64,000 bases of DNA from a virus (taxonomy: Duplodnaviria; Caudoviricetes), in IMG/VR virus record IMGVR_UViG_651324073_000003, positions 25,062-89,061 of that record, one strand, 5' to 3'. This document shows positions 18,734 through 26,969 of this stretch, one piece after another. Each line of letters begins with the position of its first letter. The first letter of the stretch is position 1. The notes beneath the pieces are model-generated. The model ran no database searches and was not told where the DNA came from. It saw nothing but the letters and a program-made list of their open reading frames with translations. A program made the position numbers and the translations under genes.

Positions 18734-19170
18734 TGCGTAAGCGCACACCCCGCTCCCGCCGCCCGAAGACCCCGCCCTGCCTCATCGCCGTCGGGATGAA
18801 CAACAAGCACGAGGGCGCCATGTACTCAGCGGTTCAGGCGTTCCGCCGCGGCGAGGCCACGGCCGACCACTTCCTGGACCTGTGTGACACCCGCGACATC
18901 ACTGCCATCGCCCACAACATGCAGGGCCGGCACGTCGACGGTCTGCGCGAGGCGCTGGAGGCGGCCGAGATCGCGCTGCTCAACATCCGCGACCGCCATC
19001 GCGATACCGGGCGGTTTGGCGCCTCGGCCGACGAGCTGGCTGCGCTGGCGCTGCTGGTCGATACCTACACGAATTACTGGCTCGCCCAGTCTGGGCACCT
19101 GTACGGGCTCGCGCGGGAGGAACTGCGCCGGGCCAGGCTGCGGGATAAGGGTGGGGAGAAGGCGGCATGA
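18733..19170 (+). CDS. Hypothetical protein
   Basis: TGATG coupling; helical protein-like ORF. Confidence 0.7.
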   Translation: MRKRTPRSRRPKTPPCLIAVGMNNKHEGAMYSAVQAFRRGEATADHFLDLCDTRDITAIAHNMQGRHVDGLREALEAAEIALLNIRDRHRDTGRFGASADELAALALLVDTYTNYWLAQSGHLYGLAREELRRARLRDKGGEKAA

Positions 19171-19421
19171 GCGCACTGACCGAACGCCAGATGCACGACC
19201 TGGCCGGACGGCTGACGCGGTTGCGGTCGCTGGCATTCGAGGCCAATGAGGCCGCCACCGAAGAGGCTGCTGCGCGCCACCGCCGCCAATGGGCCGACTG
19301 CCAGTTCGCCTCCCAGTGGGCGGAGACCGTGCGTCAATACGGCGAGAAAAACGCCCCGCCGTGGAACGAATCGCTGCGCGGACCGAAGCCGAAGATCGAA
19401 ACGGAGAAACACGATGGCTGA
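19167..19421 (+). CDS. Hypothetical protein
   Basis: ATGA-coupled. Confidence 0.55.
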   Translation: MSALTERQMHDLAGRLTRLRSLAFEANEAATEEAAARHRRQWADCQFASQWAETVRQYGEKNAPPWNESLRGPKPKIETEKHDG

Positions 19422-20550
19422 GAACAGCGCAATCGAGTGGTGTGACGCCACCTTCAATCCGTGGATCGGCTGCACGAAGGTTTCGCCGGCCTGCGACCAC
19501 TGCTATGCAGAGCGCGATTTCGACCTGCGCCTGCGCGTCGTGCAGTGGGGCGCGGGACAGGCGCGGAAGCGGACGAGTTACGCGAACTGGAAGCTGCCGC
19601 GGCAGTGGAATGCAAAGCCGTTCTTCCAGTGCGAGGACTGCGGACACCGCAGCGAGGGCGAAAAGTGGAGGGAAGTCGGCCCGAACATGGGGCTGACCGA
19701 TAGCGGATACGCCTGCCCGCGATGCAATAGCCGGAGCATGAACGAGGCCCGCCGCCGCGTGTTCTGCGCCAGCCTCGCCGACGTGTTCGACAACGAGGTG
19801 CCGGTGGAGTGGCGCCGCGACCTGTTCGACCTGATCGCGGCCACGCCGAACCTTGACTGGCTGCTGCTGACGAAGCGCATCGGGAACGCAAAGACCATGA
19901 TGGCCGATGCGCTCCACCTGAATCCTGCTGCACAGGCAGAAGGCCGGATATGGCCCCTTCCGAACGTCTGGCTGGGCGCCACGATCTGCAACCAAGACGA
20001 GGCCGACCGCGACATCCCGAAGCTGCTTGAGGTGCCGGCGGCGGTGCGGTTCCTGAGCATCGAGCCGATGCTGGGGCCTATTTCGCTTACCAGCCACGGA
20101 TTCATCGCGCCAGACGAGGACGGACCCGATCGTATCGGCTACATGGTCGGACCCGACGACGGTAAGAGCGGGCTTTGGCCGACGCGTGAGCAGGCGCTGT
20201 CCAAGAGCGGCCTGCACTGGATCATCGTCGGCGGCGAGAGCGGCCCGCACGCCCGGCCGATGCACCCGGAGTGGGCTCGCGATCTGCGCGACCAGTGCGC
20301 AGCAGCCGGCGTGCCGTTCCTGTTCAAGCAGTGGGGAGAGTTCTCGGCAGCGCCGCCAGCCTCTGTGAAGCCCGGAGAACGTTGGCCAGCAACGTCACGC
20401 CTGGTGCCCGTAAGCGGTAACACATACGCGTGGGAGAACTTTCGCGCGCTTGAGGCTCGTGATCTGTGGATGCACCGCATCGGCAAGAAGGCCGCCGGCC
20501 GCCTGCTGGACGGTGTCGAGCACAACAGGTTCCCGGAGGTGCGGGCATGA
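19414..20550 (+). CDS. Phage Gp37/Gp68 (DUF5131) family protein
   Basis: IEWCDATFNPWIGCTKVSPACDHCYA, VFCASLADVFD, WIIVGGESG, FLFKQWGE. Confidence 0.9.
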   Translation: MAENSAIEWCDATFNPWIGCTKVSPACDHCYAERDFDLRLRVVQWGAGQARKRTSYANWKLPRQWNAKPFFQCEDCGHRSEGEKWREVGPNMGLTDSGYACPRCNSRSMNEARRRVFCASLADVFDNEVPVEWRRDLFDLIAATPNLDWLLLTKRIGNAKTMMADALHLNPAAQAEGRIWPLPNVWLGATICNQDEADRDIPKLLEVPAAVRFLSIEPMLGPISLTSHGFIAPDEDGPDRIGYMVGPDDGKSGLWPTREQALSKSGLHWIIVGGESGPHARPMHPEWARDLRDQCAAAGVPFLFKQWGEFSAAPPASVKPGERWPATSRLVPVSGNTYAWENFRALEARDLWMHRIGKKAAGRLLDGVEHNRFPEVRA

Positions 20551-20717
20551 CCGACCGCCAATCCTGCATCCACTGCGCGCGCGTCTATCTCGCGCAGTCG
20601 CGGCACTTCACCGGCCGCCACCGCGGCTTCAGCTTCCGGCTGCTCGACTGGGCCGGAAACCAGCGCCGGAAGGCCATGGCGCTGCGCGATGCCACGGCAC
20701 AGCAGTCGCTTTTCTGA
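20547..20717 (+). CDS. Small hypothetical protein
   Basis: ATGA-coupled, CIHC motif. Confidence 0.45.
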   Translation: MTDRQSCIHCARVYLAQSRHFTGRHRGFSFRLLDWAGNQRRKAMALRDATAQQSLF

Positions 20718-20726
20718 GGATTCACG

Positions 20727-21020
20727 ATGCCACTACCCTACGAGAACACAAGCGGCGGCGGACTCTTCCTGACGGATACCGAGATCGCGCGCATCTGCGA
20801 ACCGCTGGTCCAGCCGGCGGCACAGGTGCGGTTCCTGCGCGAACTGGGCCTGACCGTGGCCACGAAGCCGAACGGCCGCGCGCTGGTTGTTCGCAGCCAT
20901 GCAGAAGCGGTACTGTCCGGGCGGAAGCATGCCGAACCGCAGCAGGGCACAACCGCGCCAGCTGCGGCACCGAACCGCTCAGGATTGATCGAGTTCATCA
21001 ACCGGAGGCGAGCCGCCTGA
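20727..21020 (+). CDS. DUF4224-like excisionase/recombination directionality factor
   Basis: FLTDTEIARIC...Q.AAQVRFLRELG...PNGRALV; immediately upstream of integrase. Confidence 0.75.
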   Translation: MPLPYENTSGGGLFLTDTEIARICEPLVQPAAQVRFLRELGLTVATKPNGRALVVRSHAEAVLSGRKHAEPQQGTTAPAAAPNRSGLIEFINRRRAA

Positions 21021-21021
21021 A

Positions 21022-22089
21022 ATGGGTCGTCGTCGCAAGCACAACCCTCTCGACCTGCCGGACCGGGTGTATGCCAAGCACGGGGCGTTCTACTACTTTC
21101 ACCGGCCCACGGAAACGCATCCGGCCGGCCGGTGGGAGCGCCTTGGCACCGATGTGAGCCAGGCGAAGGAGCGCGCCAACCGGATCCAGCAGCAGCTGGA
21201 CGAGGGGTTCGGGACCGTCGCCTACTGGCTGGACCAGTTTCTGATCTGGTGCCGGAAGCGCGTTTCCGTCGGCGACCTCGCCCAGCGAACGCTGGACGAC
21301 TACACGACCGATGCGGAGGTGCTCAAGATCTTCTTCGGCCCGCTCTACCCGGCCGCCGTCGCGCCCAGCCACGTCGGCGAGTTCCTGGATACGAACCTTG
21401 AGGGTGGCCGAGGCGTGCGCGCAAACCGCGAGAAAGCCTGCCTGTCGTCGATGTTCACGTGGCTGATCCGCAAGGGGCATGCCGGCGTGACGACCAACCC
21501 ATGCCGCGGCGTCCGCCGCAACCCGGAGAAGAAGCGGGAGCGCTACGTCGAGGACGTGGAAATGGCGCAGGCCCTGAAGAACGCGCCGCTGATGGTCTGG
21601 GCCCTCGCCCACCTCGTCTATCGCACGCTCCAGCGGCCCGAGGACATCATCACCTGGACCGAGCGCGATATCGTGCGCCGTCGGCTACCGGACGGCCGCG
21701 AGGTGCGTGTCATCCGGAACAACCAGGCGAAGACCGGCGCGATGGTGGACATCGAGGTCACGGCCGAGATCGATGAGATCCTGATCAACCTGAAGGCCGG
21801 TGCCGGCAAGCTGCGCGGCATGACGCTGCTGCATCGCCGCGACGGGAAGCCCTACAGCTACGACGGACTGTGCGCGATGCTGAAGCGCCGGCAGGCCGCC
21901 GCGAAGGTGGCCAGCTTCGGCTTCTACGACCTGAAGGGAAAGGGAGCCACCGATATGTGGCAAAGCGGCGTGCCGCTGGAGGTCATTCAGGTGCTGTGTG
22001 GCCACGACTCGGTGACCACGACAGAGCGCTACGTGAAGCAGCGCTGGAGGGGTGTTGTGCAGCCGAACAAGGTCAAGGCGGCCGTCTAA
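21022..22089 (+). CDS. int: Tyrosine recombinase / phage integrase
   Basis: TLQRPEDI, QAKTG, FYDLKGKGATD, LCGHDSVTTTERY; adjacent att site. Confidence 0.9.
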   Translation: MGRRRKHNPLDLPDRVYAKHGAFYYFHRPTETHPAGRWERLGTDVSQAKERANRIQQQLDEGFGTVAYWLDQFLIWCRKRVSVGDLAQRTLDDYTTDAEVLKIFFGPLYPAAVAPSHVGEFLDTNLEGGRGVRANREKACLSSMFTWLIRKGHAGVTTNPCRGVRRNPEKKRERYVEDVEMAQALKNAPLMVWALAHLVYRTLQRPEDIITWTERDIVRRRLPDGREVRVIRNNQAKTGAMVDIEVTAEIDEILINLKAGAGKLRGMTLLHRRDGKPYSYDGLCAMLKRRQAAAKVASFGFYDLKGKGATDMWQSGVPLEVIQVLCGHDSVTTTERYVKQRWRGVVQPNKVKAAV

Positions 22090-22205
22090 TAGAGCGCACT
22101 GGACCACGGCTGGAAGCGGGTTTCCGGGCAGCGCCAAACCGCCGAATATTAGACCGCTGAAACGATTATTCCTTGTCCGGCGTGGCTTTCCGGGCATTCC
22201 GACGC

Positions 22206-22254
22206 CGGACTGTTAATCCGTAGGTCCCTGGTTCGAGCCCAGGTCGGGGAGCCA
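22206..22254 (+). tRNA. 3' 49-nt fragment of tRNA-Asn(GTT) forming the prophage att core; not an intact tRNA
   Basis: CGGA-CTGTTAA-TCCG anticodon arm, GTTCGAG T-loop, ends GCCA; 5' acceptor/D arm absent upstream. Confidence 0.85.
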
Positions 22255-22262
22255 AGACACAA

Positions 22263-22291
22263 GAAGGCCCGCAGCGATGCGGGCCTTTTTC
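22263..22291 (+). terminator. Intrinsic terminator of the tRNA locus
   Basis: AAGGCCCGCA-GCGA-TGCGGGCCTT followed by T-tract. Confidence 0.85.
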
Positions 22292-22336
22292 ATTTGTATC
22301 GTCTCCAGGGCGAACAATAAGCATCCGTCTGGTAAC

Positions 22337-22383
22337 TGTAACCGCGCGAGCGATTTGGCACTGATTTGCGCGCATATTGGCAC
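22337..22383. repeat. Candidate Mu right end (TG plus two 22-bp-spaced transposase sites)
   Basis: TG at 22337; GCG.GC....TTGGCAC units ending 22361 and 22383. Confidence 0.4.
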
Positions 22384-22391
22384 AGCTGCGA

Positions 22392-22718
22392 TTACCCCTT
22401 CCGCTCGCGCCGCGCTCGTAACGCCGCCTGTTCTTCTGGCGTCGGTGGGCGGACGGGCTTGGTGCTCATATCCGACGCCCGTTTGATCACCCGATCAATC
22501 ACCGCGATTCGCGGGTCTTCCGGTGGCAGACCATCGCGCAGCCACACCAGCGTCGCGAACATCGTCGGCGAACTAGCGAGAAGCAGCCCGACGTCCTCCG
22601 GCATGTGACTGGCGACACGCCGACCTTCTGCATCAACAATCGCGTTCCCGTACCCACCGGTGGTTTCGTAGTAGAACGGCGCTCGCTTACTCCAGTGCCA
22701 CTCCCATTTGCTTGCCAC
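22392..22718 (-). CDS. LexA-regulated small hypothetical protein, paralogue of 8762-9028
   Basis: GTG start with GGAGG SD; MASKWEWHWSKRAPF...VDAEGRRVASHMPEDVGLLLASSPTMFATL. Confidence 0.75.
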   Translation of the reverse strand: MASKWEWHWSKRAPFYYETTGGYGNAIVDAEGRRVASHMPEDVGLLLASSPTMFATLVWLRDGLPPEDPRIAVIDRVIKRASDMSTKPVRPPTPEEQAALRARRERKG

Positions 22719-22739
22719 GATTCAGCCTCCGAAGAAGGC

Positions 22740-22773
22740 TGTTAACTGTATTTTTATACAGCATTCGTTGCAA
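22740..22773 (-). promoter_or_regulatory. SOS (LexA) box overlapping a sigma70 promoter
   Basis: CTGTATTTTTATACAG at 22746-22761; minus strand TTGCAA-17-TACAGT. Confidence 0.85.
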
Positions 22774-22779
22774 GGCCTG

Positions 22780-23454
22780 TCACCACCGGATTGCCGCTAT
22801 TGCCTCTGCCGTTGTAGCTGCGAGCACCGCATTCTTGAGCGCCCGAGCCTTGAATATCTGGGTCGACTCGTGCAAACCTGCAGCGGCCCCGAGGCCGGCC
22901 AGACCGGCGGCATCCAGCACCACAGTATCGTTGTCGAAGGTGATCCATTCGGTCTGATAACTGGGGTTGAGCATGCTGAGCGTAACGGCACCGCTGATGC
23001 GCTGAATCGACTTTGCATCCGAGTCGAATCGCGTGCCCTGGTACTCGAAGCCGCCCAGAATCGCCTGATCACGGGCCGCGTCAATCTCGGCCAGTTTCGC
23101 GGCGCGCATATCGTCGATCTGAGGGTGCCAAGCGCCTTCTGACCAGGCGTAATGCGGCCCTGGGGGCTGATCCAGTGAAACGACAGGCGCCGTAACAGGA
23201 CCTACCGCCACAATCTCAACCGGGGTGCCGTCTGCGAGGTAACCGATCTGTCCGCGGTGATCCTCAACGTGCAGCCATTCCCCGTCATCGAAGCCGACAC
23301 GAACGACGGCATAGCCAGGCGCGGGAATCGGCGGTTCCTCGAACACCGAGAACGCGGGCGCGCGCCAGACCTCGGGTTCAAACGGGTCAGGGGTGGCATC
23401 GATCTCGCCGATGTAGAGGTGCGGAGGAGTGCGGTCGTACTCATAAGCCTTCAT
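22780..23454 (-). CDS. Tail fibre assembly protein (DUF4376-like C-terminus)
   Basis: W..VEDHRG N-part; RDQAILGGFEY.G..FDSD..S..RI, WITFDN C-part. Confidence 0.85.
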   Translation of the reverse strand: MKAYEYDRTPPHLYIGEIDATPDPFEPEVWRAPAFSVFEEPPIPAPGYAVVRVGFDDGEWLHVEDHRGQIGYLADGTPVEIVAVGPVTAPVVSLDQPPGPHYAWSEGAWHPQIDDMRAAKLAEIDAARDQAILGGFEYQGTRFDSDAKSIQRISGAVTLSMLNPSYQTEWITFDNDTVVLDAAGLAGLGAAAGLHESTQIFKARALKNAVLAATTAEAIAAIRW

Positions 23455-23463
23455 GTGGCGCTC

Positions 23464-24195
23464 CTAGAGCTTGATGCAGGGCAGCGACAGCACGTGCCGG
23501 GGAAATCCTTCAACCCCGCCGCTGCTCGCCGTAACATCGGTGTAAGGCGCCGAGTACTCGGAACCGCCCAGTCGGTAATTGGAGTTATTCCCGTTGCCCG
23601 TGCCATTGGTCGCGATGTTGTGGGTGTGAGCCTTGTTCTGGCTGTCACCATAGGCACCCAGCAGCACCGCCGTGTCACTCTCGTACGTGCCACTCCCATC
23701 GTGATATCCGCGATCAAAGAGTCCTCGGCCTTCAGGGATGCGAAACGTAGTTGCGCCGTCTCCGGTCGAGAATGATCCGGGCCGCCCCGCTAACCAGGCC
23801 GCGTCGGAGACAAGGTTTCCGCTGGCCTGCGCGTACGCCCACAGGTTTGCCCAGCCACCTGTCCGCGGTACGAGGATGCCGTTTCGCTTCGCCCAGCCCG
23901 GAGGCGGGACCGTGCCAGGAAACGAGACCATTGTCCCGGTGGGCACCGTGCCGGCAGCAACGAGCGACTGGATTGCCGTGAGCAGTTGATCAAAGGACGC
24001 CGCAGAAGGTGTCAGGCCGGCCGCGAGCACGACCGAAATCAACTCCTCCTGAACCATGTTGAACCATTCGTAACCGGGAATGGTGGCCGGCGTACCGGTA
24101 CCGGGGTTACCTCCAGTGAAGAAGCCAGGTGAGCCGGCGCCGGCGGGCGGAGCGGGCAGGACGGCCACGGCCGTCGATCGGGTCACACGTTGCAT
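23464..24195 (-). CDS. Short tail fibre with tail-collar domain
   Basis: WFNMVQEEL, QLLTAI, PTGTMVSFPG...GWAKRNG, TTFRIPEGRGLFDRG. Confidence 0.88.
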   Translation of the reverse strand: MQRVTRSTAVAVLPAPPAGAGSPGFFTGGNPGTGTPATIPGYEWFNMVQEELISVVLAAGLTPSAASFDQLLTAIQSLVAAGTVPTGTMVSFPGTVPPPGWAKRNGILVPRTGGWANLWAYAQASGNLVSDAAWLAGRPGSFSTGDGATTFRIPEGRGLFDRGYHDGSGTYESDTAVLLGAYGDSQNKAHTHNIATNGTGNGNNSNYRLGGSEYSAPYTDVTASSGGVEGFPRHVLSLPCIKL

Positions 24196-24203
24196 CGTGG
24201 CTC

Positions 24204-24761
24204 CTAGGTGTAGCTGAAGATTAGTACGCCGTGCGCCGGTGCGTAGCGGATCAGGCCGCATTCGAGGCGGGCGTTACCCCACACCCGCAGGGGCATCTCG
24301 GCGTCGTCTTCGGTGGTGAAGTCGCGGATGGTTTCGAGGGTGCTGTTCACCTGCCAGGCGAGGCGCCAGATGTCATCGAGCACCGCGGCTTCGCAGCTGT
24401 CTTCGCAGGTGTGCACCTCGAACTCGGTCACGGTGACCGTGTAGCCCATACGGGCCGCGAGCTGGACGAAGTACGCCGGCGTGGCACCGCCCTGCGCAGT
24501 GATGCGCTGCACGACCTGGCCGCGGCGTTCGGCGAAGCTCTGGCCAGCGCCGAGGCAGGTGTCCGGCAGTCCGGTGACGCGTTCCCAGTCAGGAAGGAAC
24601 GCGGCCGTCGTGCGCGGGTCGGCCTCGGTGAGAAGCAGGCCAGCCCAGCCCTGCGCTGCATCGAGCACGCGCGCCTCGGCATCCAGTTCGGCCGCCAGGC
24701 GCTCGCCGGTGAGGTCGTACGGCGCCGGCATGAGCAGGCGCAGCAGTTCCGCATGCGTCAT
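24204..24761 (-). CDS. Baseplate wedge protein Mu gp48 / YmfQ (DUF2313)
   Basis: LPDWERVTGLPD, GGATPAYFVQLAARMGY, LECGLIRYAPAH. Confidence 0.9.
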   Translation of the reverse strand: MTHAELLRLLMPAPYDLTGERLAAELDAEARVLDAAQGWAGLLLTEADPRTTAAFLPDWERVTGLPDTCLGAGQSFAERRGQVVQRITAQGGATPAYFVQLAARMGYTVTVTEFEVHTCEDSCEAAVLDDIWRLAWQVNSTLETIRDFTTEDDAEMPLRVWGNARLECGLIRYAPAHGVLIFSYT

Positions 24762-25816
24762 GTGATGGTCACCGTGCCGAGCGTCGGGATCTCAACCGCC
24801 GTGTCGTCGGCTGTCGTCGTGACGTTCGCTGCCGGCGCCGATAGCACGAAGTCGACCACGCCCGCCGTGTCAGCGATCAGCGCGGCGATGCGGTTGCGAA
24901 TGACGGTGCCACCCGGCGGCAGCGCGGCGAAGTACTCGGCCAGCGCCTGGGTGATCTGCGCGGTTGCGGTGGCCAGCGTGGTACCCGACAGCGTGAGCGC
25001 CGCGGTCACCGCAACCGGCTCCGCCGTCGGTGCAACCACCAGGCAGTCAGCGGTCACCGGGCGGCGCGCCTCGATGTAGGCTTGGACGTCACCGACCAGC
25101 GAAGGGCTTGGCAGGCCACCGACGGCCATGATGGCGACGTCGACCGAGCCGATGCCACGGCGCAGCGGCAGCACCCAGGCGCCCGCCACGCCGGGCACTT
25201 CGAGCGCCCACGCTTGATAGTCGTGGGCAGCACCCCCGTGAGGCGGGCTCTGGATACGGCGCAGCAGGCGGGCCAGTAGCGCGGCGTCGGCCTCAACGTC
25301 AGCGCCCCCGGTCAGGTCGGCTACCAGGAATGCGGCGGCCTGCACACCGGCAGGCGGCGCGGCGAGCGTCAGCGACACCGCGCCCGAAAGATTGCCGGCC
25401 GCGCCTGCGTCGGCCGCCTCGATCGGCAGATCCACCGTGCCGCCACCGCCCACGGTTCCGCCAGCGGTCACCGTGTAGAGCGTGCCGGCAGCCGTCTGCA
25501 CCTCGGCGCCGGCGGCGATCACGCTGCCGACCGTGCCGCTGATGCGCAGCGTGCCGGTGGCGGCCGACGCCGGCAGGCGCTGCAGACCGAACAGCGTGGC
25601 CCAGCGCTCCAGGTATTCGGTATCCGCCGTGTCCGGCAGGATCTGGCGGGCGATCCACGCCTGGTGTTGATACAGGCCCGTGATCGCGCTGGCCACAGCA
25701 CAGGCGCGCACGTACCAGTCCGAGTCGACCGACACGTCGGCCGCCGGCAACTGGTTACGGATGTCGCGCAGCAGCGCGTCGCGCACATCCTCGAAGTTGG
25801 GCAGCGCGATGGCCAT
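24758..25816 (-). CDS. Baseplate J-like protein (Mu gp47)
   Basis: PDTADTEYLERWA, GGADVEAD..L, PPHGGAAHDY..WALEVPGV. Confidence 0.92.
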   Translation of the reverse strand: MAIALPNFEDVRDALLRDIRNQLPAADVSVDSDWYVRACAVASAITGLYQHQAWIARQILPDTADTEYLERWATLFGLQRLPASAATGTLRISGTVGSVIAAGAEVQTAAGTLYTVTAGGTVGGGGTVDLPIEAADAGAAGNLSGAVSLTLAAPPAGVQAAAFLVADLTGGADVEADAALLARLLRRIQSPPHGGAAHDYQAWALEVPGVAGAWVLPLRRGIGSVDVAIMAVGGLPSPSLVGDVQAYIEARRPVTADCLVVAPTAEPVAVTAALTLSGTTLATATAQITQALAEYFAALPPGGTVIRNRIAALIADTAGVVDFVLSAPAANVTTTADDTAVEIPTLGTVTIT

Positions 25817-26163
25817 CAGTGCAGCACCTGGGTGAAGGGGTAGGACCAGGCGCGACCGGTGCCGTCGATCACCGTGACATTGAGATCGAGCCGGCCAGCG
25901 TTGAGCGTGGCCGTAGCGGCCACCGACTGCGCGCGACCGCTGCTGACCAGATCGGCCAGTGCCTGCCGGGCGTACTGCTCGGCGAGCGAAGCCACGCGCG
26001 GCAAGGACTTCTGCCGCTGCAGCTCATGCAGTCGCGACCCCACATCAGGCCGCGCCCACCAGCTGCCGAGCGGCGTCATGATGCGCAGCCACACCGCATT
26101 GCCGAGATGGCCGATGCGGGTGCCGTCGTACTGGCCGGTAGCGGGATCGATGCGGGGTTGCAT
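25816..26163 (-). CDS. Mu gp46 baseplate protein
   Basis: TPLGSWWARPDVGSRLHELQRQK, EQYARQALADL. Confidence 0.88.
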   Translation of the reverse strand: MQPRIDPATGQYDGTRIGHLGNAVWLRIMTPLGSWWARPDVGSRLHELQRQKSLPRVASLAEQYARQALADLVSSGRAQSVAATATLNAGRLDLNVTVIDGTGRAWSYPFTQVLH

Positions 26164-26171
26164 GGGGCGGG

Positions 26172-26215
26172 ACGTTACGCGCGCGCGCGTGGCCGTAGCC
26201 CCTTGAACACGTTCA
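26172..26215 (-). promoter_or_regulatory. Activator-dependent late promoter (before gp46)
   Basis: TGAACACGTTCA at 26204-26215, 26 bp from -10 TAACGT. Confidence 0.7.
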
Positions 26216-26236
26216 GGGGGTGTGCGAGGCCCGACC

Positions 26237-26800
26237 TCATACGGTCGAATCCGGCCCGTTCGTTACCGAGCCGGTTTCGGTGTGCTTGTGGCCGTTGTAG
26301 GCCGCAAGGAGGGCGTTGAGGCTGTAAGGTGTCGATGCGCTGCGTACCTGCACGTCGTGGCTCACTTTCACGATCGGCGCGGTCAGCTGAATCTCGCTAT
26401 CCGCCGTGACTTCCAGCTTGTCGCACTTGATGCCCACGATGCGACCGGCCTTCAGGTGCACGCTGCAGTCGGGCTCGGTCAGGTGATACAGCGCCACCTC
26501 GCCGGGCGCGACCTGGACGCGATAGGCGCCGTGCTCGCTGGCGATGACCACCGACTGGGCGGTCTTGCCGCCGATCGGCAGCAGGATGACCGGTGTGCCC
26601 GGCGGCAGGCCGCTCGCCAGCCCGGCCTGCTGCATGATTTCGATGTCGGCCAGGCGCTCGTCGGCGAGGCCTTCGGCGCGCGCCAGCATGGGGCCGCCGT
26701 TCGTCCGGTGGCGGTAGCTGCTCAGCACGCCGCGAAATGCCTGACGGGTCGATGCCAGCGCGCGGCCGATCTCGCGGCGGATCAGATCAACGGGCTGCAT
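26237..26800 (-). CDS. Baseplate spike protein V (Mu gp45)
   Basis: QQAGLASGLPPG..VILLPIGG, GEVALY, YNGHKHTETG. Confidence 0.9.
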   Translation of the reverse strand: MQPVDLIRREIGRALASTRQAFRGVLSSYRHRTNGGPMLARAEGLADERLADIEIMQQAGLASGLPPGTPVILLPIGGKTAQSVVIASEHGAYRVQVAPGEVALYHLTEPDCSVHLKAGRIVGIKCDKLEVTADSEIQLTAPIVKVSHDVQVRSASTPYSLNALLAAYNGHKHTETGSVTNGPDSTV

Positions 26801-26969
26801 TCGGTCTCGCCTCCTTCACTTCCCGCCAGCTGTCATTGCCGCACTGCGGGCAGACCCACACGAAACGTCCCGGACGACTGCCGGACTCCGCGTAACGACG
26901 TCGGGAGCGACGATGCACCAGGCCGCAGCCGGCACACTTCACCAGCAGGTTCTGGTCGGGCAGGGTCAT
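26787..26969 (-). CDS. Small zinc-ribbon protein (60 aa)
   Basis: ATGA overlap with gp44 stop; CAGC...CPQC. Confidence 0.6.
   Translation of the reverse strand: MTLPDQNLLVKCAGCGLVHRRSRRRYAESGSRPGRFVWVCPQCGNDSWREVKEARPNAAR

Larger units (their letters stand above)
1..22254. mobile_element. Lambdoid prophage (partial; replication, immunity, recombination, integration arm) ending at a tRNA-Asn att site
   Basis: O/P-like genes, cII-cro-cI switch, YqaJ/RecT, tyrosine integrase followed by a 3' tRNA-Asn duplicate at 22206-22254. Confidence 0.93.

Noticed and set aside
22180-22254. Intact tRNA-Asn gene
   Set aside because: Upstream sequence lacks the acceptor 5' strand and D arm; only the 3' 49 nt match.
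22166-22375. 69-aa minus-strand ORF containing APRPGLEPGTYGLTVRR
   Set aside because: This is the reverse-complement translation of the tRNA fragment, a well-known spurious ORF.
22780-24300. Invertible G-segment / shufflon
   Set aside because: No recombinase gene, no inverted crossover repeats, and only one fibre gene.
26177-26190. GC dinucleotide runs (also 34772-34782) as microsatellite phase-variation sites
   Set aside because: They are short and fall in the fixed-length spacer of the late promoters; better explained as part of that architecture.
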